Source of the DNA: a virus
IMG/VR virus record: IMGVR_UViG_3300035698_016988
Location: 10,622-74,621 of that record
Direction: 5' to 3' (one strand)
DNA: 64,000 nt
The notes beneath the pieces are model-generated. The model had not been told where the DNA came from. It made no database searches and saw only the letters and a list, made by a program, of their open reading frames with translations. Positions 19,623 to 28,507 of the stretch are shown here, in pieces. Numbering within the stretch: position 1 is the first letter of the stretch; every line of letters begins with the position of its first letter. The translations under genes were made by a program, and so were the position numbers.

Positions 19623-20260
19623 GTTAGAACATAGTGACTCAGATATGGTGGTATACCACCGACGGAAGGGATGCCTAGGTATCAGGAACGTCGTAAAACC
19701 CGCGTCACACGGGACCGCAATGAAAACTTCCAGGAAGAGGCACCATCCGAACTGGGACAGACGGCGGAATATTTACATGCACTCAATGAATCGGCGAGGT
19801 ATGTGATAAGGATTAAGATTTTAATCTGAAATAGGTCGCGGATGCTGATGGCATCTTTGAAAATGAAGAACCATATCCAAAAATTAGAAGGCACAAATTA
19901 GGCACAACACTACCATAGGCAAAAAAATCAGGTGAAATGAATACCGCAAGGCACAAATCAGGGCGACGACCCGTAGGCACAAGGATTTGGATCATGCTCT
20001 GTCTCGAGACACTGACAACATGAACTCCGTTAGAAACTTTGAAGGTATGAAGTAATAACGGACGCCGGTTTTGGCTTAGCCACAAAACCTAGAGCGATAG
20101 GCGGGATTCGGAAACCCCTCGTTTGTATAAACTCTACATACCCTGACCATACGATGTACCATACGGAAATCGTCCTTTTGCCCTATTTCCAGTTACTTGG
20201 AGGCGGGGGCAAAAGGACTGGACTCACCCAACGGAATGTGTCTTGTTCAAGCCTCATCCA
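19623..20260 (+). ncRNA. Putative large structured non-coding RNA (ends approximate)
   Basis: ~930-nt gene-free gap in a dense genome with many stems: 19647-19660, 19660-19693, 19699-19713, 19727-19737, 19810-19827, 19841-19855, 20067-20089, and a 12-bp stem 20172-20183/20207-20218. Confidence 0.65.
19889..19984 (+). repeat. AGGCA(C/A)AA repeat cluster within the ncRNA
   Basis: Copies at 19889, 19900, 19917, 19949 and 19975. Confidence 0.8.
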
Positions 20261-20392
20261 ATAGACTAATATGACTTGAAATGGTTTTAATGATGTTTCT
20301 AGAAAAAGTTACCAATGAAAACTGTTAGGTTTTCATTAGATCTTTAGATCTTAGATAATTGTTATATTGTTTCACACTTGGAATCTTTGCGA

Positions 20393-20602
20393 CTATCGTG
20401 AGGCTTTCTTCATTGCTCTATGATATTCTTCGTAGGCATCAACCATTGATTGTCTATCTTCTCTGGTAGAGAGCCACAATTCTGTCCAACCAATTCGGCC
20501 TTCCATATACATCATTATCTGGCTAATCTCTGACCGGATAGCTTTTGCCTCATCTTCGATTTCAGTGAGGAAACCGGAAATTCCCTCATCGTCTAGGAGC
20601 AA
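20393..20602 (-). CDS. gp51-like/T-type chaperone extension, probably reached by -1 frameshift
   Basis: No ATG or RBS; lies in the -1 frame of the upstream gene after T-TTT-TTC. Confidence 0.6.
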   Translation of the reverse strand: MLLDDEGISGFLTEIEDEAKAIRSEISQIMMYMEGRIGWTELWLSTREDRQSMVDAYEEYHRAMKKASR

Positions 20603-20607
20603 AAGCT

Positions 20608-21465
20608 TTAGTCGAAAAAATTTGAGGGATCAAATGTTAAATTTTCTTCGACATATTCATGTTGACAATGAGTACAAACACAATTCTGTGAATTCGGAAC
20701 GCCGGCTTCATTAAGGCTTTTGATTTTAAATCGGATATTGTCTACTTCTTTTGTATCAAGTTCTTTGACCATAGGTTCAATATGTTTTCTTTCTTTAACG
20801 AAAATTCCGTCAGGGGTTTGAACTCCCATTACTGAATCACAAACCAACTCGAAGTTCATCTTAACCATTTTGTCAAAACTATTTGCAAAAGTTCTAATCT
20901 TTTCTTCGTCGGCCATTTCTTCTCGGTCGACTAATTGCATAATTTTTGTTTGTTCGAACTGAGCTAGGTTTGACTTTGTGCTGGTCTTAAAATCGTGCGG
21001 TTTCATTACCAAAGTCAAACCGTTTGATAATTCGATAGAGTTTTCGTCATCTAAGAAAGTCATTGTATCGATAGCCATTCGAATTGATCGGTCAAATTCG
21101 TTTATTTCATTACATTCAGGGCAAGTTGATTTAAAATCAATTGTATCTCCGTAAGACGCAAATCTAATTGCTAGCATCAAAGCGGTTACATCAGGAACAA
21201 CCAACATTGAAGGATCTCCTTTAATTCCCGGAACACATGATTTGATAACGTCCAACATTCCTTGACCGTTTAGCAAGGCGTCTGGGCTTTTTAATGAAAG
21301 GTCATCAGATGCGGTCATAGCCTTAATATCGAGTTCATCGTTATTATTCAATTCCAAAAAGTTCGGAGGATAGAATAATCCTCTTGAAGGTAAAGGAATT
21401 GAAATTTTAGTCTGGCGACCATAACCGGCGAGTGGATTTGCTGTCTGTGACATCGGGTTCTCCAA
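20608..21465 (-). CDS. gp26: Baseplate hub/tail assembly chaperone, gp26-like
   Basis: IPLPSRGLFYP, AMTASDD, LMLAIRFASYGD, CPEC and a C-terminal CTHC...FDPSNFF. Confidence 0.75.
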   Translation of the reverse strand: MENPMSQTANPLAGYGRQTKISIPLPSRGLFYPPNFLELNNNDELDIKAMTASDDLSLKSPDALLNGQGMLDVIKSCVPGIKGDPSMLVVPDVTALMLAIRFASYGDTIDFKSTCPECNEINEFDRSIRMAIDTMTFLDDENSIELSNGLTLVMKPHDFKTSTKSNLAQFEQTKIMQLVDREEMADEEKIRTFANSFDKMVKMNFELVCDSVMGVQTPDGIFVKERKHIEPMVKELDTKEVDNIRFKIKSLNEAGVPNSQNCVCTHCQHEYVEENLTFDPSNFFD

Positions 21466-21506
21466 ATTGGTAAATAAAACTACTAGACTTATTTATTCGA
21501 GGAATC

Positions 21507-23744
21507 ATGGCTTCTGCAGACGATATTTTAGATGGCTTAGAAATGTATGCTAGCCGTGCGGGCGATTGGTCAACGGAAGAAACTGCGAAAGATATGCTTG
21601 CAGTTATCACCGAGATTGCTAAAAAAGCCGGCGTTTCACAGAAAACCTTAGAAAATACTGCCAAGAAGTTCGAAAAACCTTCGGCGAATATAAATGAATT
21701 CTCCAAACAAAATAAGACTTATCAATCAAAGATTTCGGTTACTGTTCAAGAACTTAATAATTCGTTAGGATTGGGAAAAACTAAGTTCGGTTCTATGCTA
21801 GGAAATGTAGACAACCTCGGTAATTCAATCAGATCCGGAACTGGATTATTCTCGAAATTGAATCCGGTTATGTTAGGTCTTACTGGAGTTTTTGTTGCAG
21901 TTACCGCAGCAGTTAGTACCTTGGTTGAATATATAATGGACTCCGTGAACGTGTATATGCGTTTGCGTGATGTTGGTATTACTTTTGCTGGCGGTCTGGT
22001 TGAAATGCGATACGCAGCAGCTAACGCGTCAATGGGATTTGAAGAGTTTAGCAAAACACTAGCAGAAAACTCAAAAGTAATTACAGCATTCGGTGGTGAT
22101 GGCGCTAGACAGTTTAGTATTTTGTCTAAAGCAGCAAGAGACACAGCAACAATGCAAAGAGGGTTGGCATTTACAACCGAACAAGTGAATGAGTATTTGT
22201 TAGATTATTTGGAAGTACAACGCCAGACAGGTCTATTGGATCGACTGTCAGCCGGCGAGACAGCTAGACGCACTTCCGATTACTTAGAGTCGTTAGATAT
22301 GTTCTCACAAGCGTTAGGTAAATCTAGAAGCGAACTTGCTGAGTCTAGTAAAAGTATGACTGAGGGTATTCGGATTCAAGCAGGTCTTAGAGCTATGCCT
22401 AAAGAGATCAGAGATACCGTTATGGATAACTTGAAAAGAGCTGGTCCTGCTTTTGATGCTATTGGTCCTGAATTCGGTGAAATGGTAAAAGAAATGATAG
22501 CAACAGGCGGTCGGCCGGTATCAGAAGCTGCGAAGATGTTTATAGCAGCTTCACCTGAACTCGGTTCACAAGTCATGGCTCTTGCTGACAGAATGGGTAA
22601 AACTAGACTTTCTAACGAAGATTTCCGAGAAGAAATGATAAAACTCAAAAAGAATGTAGGCCCCGTGGCTGACGATATGTCCCAACTCGTTGCTCAACTC
22701 GGTGAGTCCCAACCAGCCTTTGCTAGTTTTATGGGTTCACTATTGAATATAGAACGAATGAAAATAGGAGGGAAAGGGGAAGTTGATCCGTTGGTTAGAT
22801 TGATGTTGAAACTTGGTGAAACCATGAAATCTATTACCGGTGCATTTGACTCTATGAAGGCAAGTATCTTCGAAAATCTAGAAGGACCTCTAGAGCAATT
22901 TGCAACATGGATGAATACAAAAGTTCTACCTGGCTTGAAAACATTTTTTGATGAAATTATAGGAATTTTTCAAGGCGAAGGTGATTTTGGCGACAAACTA
23001 GTCAATGCCTTTTCTCATGTTTTTGATAGATTAGCAGAAACTCTCGGTCCTATTCTTTCGGATATGATAACTTTTATGGTTGATTCTGTTTTAAGAAGTT
23101 TGCATATTGAAACCGATGCGATGGAACAACGAAAGAAGTTCAGAGAGAAAGAAAAGGAAATTCAGTCCGGAAAAAGTATGTCAGCGGAAGAATTTAAAGC
23201 AATGGCAAGAGACTTGATGATTGATGTTAGAGACGGTGATGTTTCCAAAGCTGATGCAAATAAAATGATGCAGAAAGTCCGTGATGCTCAATCAGAATTA
23301 TTGAAAAGACAAGGCGACGGTTTTAACCCAGTCGGTAATATGAATGCATATAATGAAAATATTTATGCAAACCCTAACACACAGCAAAGTTCTATGCGCC
23401 CAGTCGGTAATATGAATGCATATAATGAAAATATTTATGCAAACCCTAACACACAGCAAAGTTCTATGCGCATCGGTCGCCGCGTCACCCGAACCGGCCC
23501 AAGCTTTGCCCACGCCGGTATCAATAATGCAATCCCGAAACAACAGAATACTCAAATGCCTAAGGTAACTCCAACAAAACCTGACATTAAAGAAGAAGAG
23601 AATGGTTTCGGGTCGACTTTGATCAATAAAATTTCAGAACTAATTGATGTGAGTAATGCAAACTTAACTCAGAATGCGGCCTTGGCTAGGAAACAAAAAA
23701 GAGCTACCGATAAAGCCGGTGAAAAAGTAGAAGGATCGTTCTAG
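21507..23744 (+). CDS. Tape-measure-like tail/baseplate protein
   Basis: Long Ala/Gly/Met-rich helical protein with a hydrophobic segment; divergent from the chaperone pair. Confidence 0.6.
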   Translation: MASADDILDGLEMYASRAGDWSTEETAKDMLAVITEIAKKAGVSQKTLENTAKKFEKPSANINEFSKQNKTYQSKISVTVQELNNSLGLGKTKFGSMLGNVDNLGNSIRSGTGLFSKLNPVMLGLTGVFVAVTAAVSTLVEYIMDSVNVYMRLRDVGITFAGGLVEMRYAAANASMGFEEFSKTLAENSKVITAFGGDGARQFSILSKAARDTATMQRGLAFTTEQVNEYLLDYLEVQRQTGLLDRLSAGETARRTSDYLESLDMFSQALGKSRSELAESSKSMTEGIRIQAGLRAMPKEIRDTVMDNLKRAGPAFDAIGPEFGEMVKEMIATGGRPVSEAAKMFIAASPELGSQVMALADRMGKTRLSNEDFREEMIKLKKNVGPVADDMSQLVAQLGESQPAFASFMGSLLNIERMKIGGKGEVDPLVRLMLKLGETMKSITGAFDSMKASIFENLEGPLEQFATWMNTKVLPGLKTFFDEIIGIFQGEGDFGDKLVNAFSHVFDRLAETLGPILSDMITFMVDSVLRSLHIETDAMEQRKKFREKEKEIQSGKSMSAEEFKAMARDLMIDVRDGDVSKADANKMMQKVRDAQSELLKRQGDGFNPVGNMNAYNENIYANPNTQQSSMRPVGNMNAYNENIYANPNTQQSSMRIGRRVTRTGPSFAHAGINNAIPKQQNTQMPKVTPTKPDIKEEENGFGSTLINKISELIDVSNANLTQNAALARKQKRATDKAGEKVEGSF
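23327..23471 (+). repeat. Perfect 72-bp tandem duplication (24 aa x2)
   Basis: PVGNMNAYNENIYANPNTQQSSMR appears twice, identical at the DNA level. Confidence 0.95.
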
Positions 23745-23797
23745 AAGTAATCGGTACTGACTAAATAAGATTATAATAAACCCATAAGGAGAAAACC

Positions 23798-25546
23798 ATG
23801 GCATCATGGAAACGTCACTATCGTTTAGCTTCAAAAGAAGCTAGAATGAATTTATACCGAAATAAGGATGATGCAGGGTATGAACCAACCGGTTCTTCTA
23901 AAAATTACCAGTCTTTCCTTCCAGAGGTATATGCAGGTTTTCCAAACAGAATAGACCGTTTCCGTCAATATGATATGATGGAAAATGATCCAGAGATTAA
24001 CGCGGCTATGGATATCTTAACAGATTTCTGTACTCAGAATAATGACGACGACGGCGGCAACCCTTTCCGTATTGAGTTTGGTAACGATACTCCGGATACG
24101 GTTATTGAAACTATTCAATCAATTCTCAAGGGCTGGGTGAAACTTAATAACTTGGACAGAAGAATTTTTGATATTGTTCGTTCAACTTTGAAGTTTGGTG
24201 ACTATTTCTTTGTTAGAGACCCGGAAACATTCGAACTATACCCAGCGAACCCGTATAATATCGAAAAGGTTGTGGTTGATGAATCCCGAGGAAAAGAAAT
24301 TGAGCAATACTTCATTAAAAACTTGGAGTTAAACCTTCAAGGGCAAGTAGCAACTGCTGCAGTTGCTACAACCAATAACTATGCAATTTCCGGAACAGCA
24401 GCTACTACCAACCTAACCGGTAGTCAAGGAACGACAGGTGGCGGCACTAACTCACAAATGGGTGGGTCGGCGTCAAGTAGATTTGCTAACAATCCACAAT
24501 CGTTTGCTGTTGGGGCTGAAAACGTCGTCCATGTTTCTATGAACGCAGGCGACGATCCTAACTGGCCATTCGGTACTTCTGTTCTTGAGGCGATTTACAA
24601 AACCTACAAGCAGAAAGAATTGCTAGAAGATGCGATTATCATTTACCGTATTCAACGTGCACCGGAAAGACGAGTATTTAAAATCGACGTTGGAAACTTA
24701 CCGCATCACAAAGCTATGGCTTTTGTTGAACGTATGAAAAACGAAATGCACCAGAGAAGAATCCCAACAAGGGACGGATCTGGATCTAATAGTTTTTCAC
24801 TTATGGACACAGCATATAACCCGATGTCGATCCTAGAAGATTTTTATCTTCCAGTTACTGCAGACGGTCGTGGTTCTGATATTACCACGTTGCCTGGTGG
24901 TGAGTCACTCGGTCAAATTGATGACTTGAGATTCTGGAACAATAAACTAATCAGAGGTTTGAAAATTCCTAGCTCGTATCTTCCGTTTGGTCCAGATGAC
25001 GGAGCGCAGACATTTAATGATGGTAGACTAGGTCAAGTATTTGTTCAGGAAATTAGGTTCGCAAAGTATTGCCAGAGACTGCAGAATAACTTTGCTCCAA
25101 CTTTTGACGCTGAATTTAAAAAGTTCTTAGAATACAAAGGCTACAATATCGACATCACTGATTTTGAAGTTCGTTTCAATAAACCGATGAACTTTGCAAT
25201 CTGGACTAAGATCGAAATGATGAACTCTTCGATTAGTCTTTACACTCAGATGGCTGACCGCCCAGAGATTTCTACTCGTTTGGCTATGGAAGAATTCTTG
25301 CAGTGGGATGATGAAATTATTGCTAGAAACGCTAGAATGTGGAGAGAAGAAAACCCAACAAAACTCAAGGGTGTAGCTTCACTTGTAGCAGATGATGACA
25401 TGGCAGACGGAGCACCGGGACTACAATCGGTTGGTGTTGGTTTGCCGGGCGAAGATGAAGACTTCGGAAATGAGGAAGGTTTAGACAGTCCGTTAGGTGG
25501 CGAAGATGAAGACACTGAGGACGATAACGATGAGGAAACGATCTAA
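23798..25546 (+). CDS. gp20: Portal protein
   Basis: LLEDAIIIYRIQRAPERRVFKIDVGNLP, EDFYLP...GSDITTLPGG, LKIPSSYL. Confidence 0.95.
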   Translation: MASWKRHYRLASKEARMNLYRNKDDAGYEPTGSSKNYQSFLPEVYAGFPNRIDRFRQYDMMENDPEINAAMDILTDFCTQNNDDDGGNPFRIEFGNDTPDTVIETIQSILKGWVKLNNLDRRIFDIVRSTLKFGDYFFVRDPETFELYPANPYNIEKVVVDESRGKEIEQYFIKNLELNLQGQVATAAVATTNNYAISGTAATTNLTGSQGTTGGGTNSQMGGSASSRFANNPQSFAVGAENVVHVSMNAGDDPNWPFGTSVLEAIYKTYKQKELLEDAIIIYRIQRAPERRVFKIDVGNLPHHKAMAFVERMKNEMHQRRIPTRDGSGSNSFSLMDTAYNPMSILEDFYLPVTADGRGSDITTLPGGESLGQIDDLRFWNNKLIRGLKIPSSYLPFGPDDGAQTFNDGRLGQVFVQEIRFAKYCQRLQNNFAPTFDAEFKKFLEYKGYNIDITDFEVRFNKPMNFAIWTKIEMMNSSISLYTQMADRPEISTRLAMEEFLQWDDEIIARNARMWREENPTKLKGVASLVADDDMADGAPGLQSVGVGLPGEDEDFGNEEGLDSPLGGEDEDTEDDNDEETI

Positions 25547-25752
25547 TGAAGCATAATGAAATCATGGAAGCTGACATGTATGAGCCAGGACAGGATAAGT
25601 CTATGCGAAAAATGTCGGATACTCGAAAGCCTAAGATCACTCTAAGAAACCTGAATAGACTCAGAAAGATGCGAGAAGTGAAAAAAGCTGAACAACAAAA
25701 GTCCGCATCAACCCTTGAAATTCAATACGCTAGCTCGGGATCAGACGAATAA
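25546..25752 (+). CDS. Small basic head-module protein
   Basis: DTRKPKITLRNLNRLRKMRE; overlaps the portal stop codon. Confidence 0.7.
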   Translation: MKHNEIMEADMYEPGQDKSMRKMSDTRKPKITLRNLNRLRKMREVKKAEQQKSASTLEIQYASSGSDE

Positions 25753-25884
25753 TTAAACTAAGATTTGAAGAAAATTTTCAAAAGTAGCACTTTTGGTATT
25801 CTTTGGTACGTCTTTTAAGACTTTTCTCCTAAATATATTTGAAAAACTGTGGTTTTATCAATCTTACGTAAGGAGAAAAATTAA

Positions 25885-26712
<828 letters not shown>

Positions 26713-27354
26713 ATGAATCAGAAGACGCTACTCCAAGAAGTACTCTCACAGCAACAAGCTAGACTGGTCGTTGAATCAGATAAGAATGATGCAGGTGAGA
26801 AAAAATTCCATATGGAGGGTATCTTTATCCAAGGTAATCAACCTAACCATAACGGTAGGAATTATCCAGAGGGTGAAATACGGTCAGCGGTAGATGACAT
26901 CCAAGCTAAGATTGATAGCGGTTTTTCGGTTACTGGTGAGTTGGATCATCCTGATTCACTCACCATTAATCTCGACCGGATCAGTCATGTAATTGATAAA
27001 ATGTGGATGAACGGATCAGACGGCATGGGTCGTTTGACTATAATTCCAACACCGTGTGGCGACATTGCCGCAGCTCTTTTAAAGAGTGGTGTAAAGCTTG
27101 GTGTCAGTTCAAGGGGTTCCGGCAACGTGAACGAAGCAACAGGAAGTGTTTCAGAATTTGAAATCATTACTGTTGATATTGTTATGCAGCCTTCTGCTCC
27201 AGAGGCTTTCCCGACTCCAATTTACGAAAGTATTTTTGGAACTCGAAAAGGCCTGCAGACCCTAGATGTGTTTCAAGCAAACCGCGATGGAGATCGTATT
27301 GCTGAAAAATACGTTGAGTCACAATTGACTGAATTTATTAAATCACTCAAGTAA
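26713..27354 (+). CDS. gp21: Prohead protease
   Basis: EGIFIQ...NHNGRNYP, GELDHP, GVSSRGSG, DIVMQPSAPEA. Confidence 0.93.
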   Translation: MNQKTLLQEVLSQQQARLVVESDKNDAGEKKFHMEGIFIQGNQPNHNGRNYPEGEIRSAVDDIQAKIDSGFSVTGELDHPDSLTINLDRISHVIDKMWMNGSDGMGRLTIIPTPCGDIAAALLKSGVKLGVSSRGSGNVNEATGSVSEFEIITVDIVMQPSAPEAFPTPIYESIFGTRKGLQTLDVFQANRDGDRIAEKYVESQLTEFIKSLK

Positions 27355-27371
27355 GGTAGGAGAACCTAATA

Positions 27372-28487
27372 ATGGCAGATCTAAAACAAAAACTTGCAGA
27401 GGGTGGACTTCCTAAAGAAGTACAAGATACCATTCTCGAGGCATGGAATGAGCAAAAAGCTGAGATCCGTGCTGAAGCAACTGCCGAAATTCGTGAGGAA
27501 ATCGCTGTCAAGTATGAACATGACCGCGAACAGACCGTAACTGCAATGTCCGAAATGATTAATGACGTCATCGCAGAAGAAGTTCAAAGTCTAAAGGAAG
27601 AGCGTTCAGCTCTTGCTAAGGAGCGTGTCCGGAACAAAGAAAAGCTTTCTAAGTTCATGGAATTCGCAATCCGCAAACTAGGAACAGAAGTAGTCGAACT
27701 TCACGAAGATCGCAAAGCTCTTGAAGAAAATATGAAAAAATTCAAAGAGTTTTATCTACGTCAGGCAGACAGAGAACTTACAGAGTTTCGTGGAGAAACC
27801 AAATCACTTGCTGAAGCACGTGTTAAGGTACTTTCCGAAGGTCGTAAGAAACTCGAAGAAGCTCAAAAGAAATTTGTCACTCGTGCAGCAAGAAGTGCAG
27901 CTGAGTGGATCAAAGAATCAACCAAGAAAGAGTTCAACGAATTCCGTAAGGAAATCAATGAAGCTCGTCAGAATAGATTTGGACAAAGAATGTTTGAATC
28001 GATGGCTGAAGAATTCAGAACTTATTTCTACAATGAAGATGCACATTTTCAGGAATTGACTAACGCAATTCAAGAGCGTGAGCAGAAACTCGAGGAAGCT
28101 CAGGCTGCTCTCGAAGACAAGGACTCGTTAATCGCAGAATCTAAGAAAGAAGCTAAGATTGCACGAGACCGTTTAATCCGAGAGGCAAAGATTAGTTCTT
28201 CTCTCGGTCATCTACCGCGCGATAAGCGTAGTGTAATGATGGAATTGCTTGAAGACGTTCAGACCGAAAGGCTTGACGAATCTATCAAGAGATATTTGCC
28301 AATGGTTCTAAAGGAAGGCAAGAAACCAGTTCGCGAGAAAAAGGTTTTGTCTGAGTCAGAACAGAAGGCAGGCAAGAGAGTCGTTACAGGAGATCGTGCC
28401 GAGAAGGTGATCACTGAGTCAAACGATCGCATTGACGAAGTCGATGGAGAAATTGATCGACTAGTTTATTTGGGAACACGTTCCTAA
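27372..28487 (+). CDS. gp22: Prohead scaffold protein
   Basis: Coiled-coil, Glu/Lys-rich; lies between gp21 and gp23. Confidence 0.8.
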   Translation: MADLKQKLAEGGLPKEVQDTILEAWNEQKAEIRAEATAEIREEIAVKYEHDREQTVTAMSEMINDVIAEEVQSLKEERSALAKERVRNKEKLSKFMEFAIRKLGTEVVELHEDRKALEENMKKFKEFYLRQADRELTEFRGETKSLAEARVKVLSEGRKKLEEAQKKFVTRAARSAAEWIKESTKKEFNEFRKEINEARQNRFGQRMFESMAEEFRTYFYNEDAHFQELTNAIQEREQKLEEAQAALEDKDSLIAESKKEAKIARDRLIREAKISSSLGHLPRDKRSVMMELLEDVQTERLDESIKRYLPMVLKEGKKPVREKKVLSESEQKAGKRVVTGDRAEKVITESNDRIDEVDGEIDRLVYLGTRS

Positions 28488-28507
28488 TCTAAAAGGAGAA
28501 AAAGAAA

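Noticed and set aside
19889-19984. CRISPR array
   Set aside because: Repeats are only 8-14 nt, spacing is irregular, inserts are 8-11 nt, and no cas1/cas2 or RuvC effector is in the window.
19682-20085. Minus-strand ORFs of 70 and 90 aa in the intergenic region
   Set aside because: No RBS, atypical composition, and antisense to the promoter; probably spurious.
19623-20260. tRNA, tmRNA, RNase P or group I intron
   Set aside because: I saw no cloverleaf with T-loop and CCA end, no tag ORF, no GAGGAAAGUCC motif, and no interrupted host gene.
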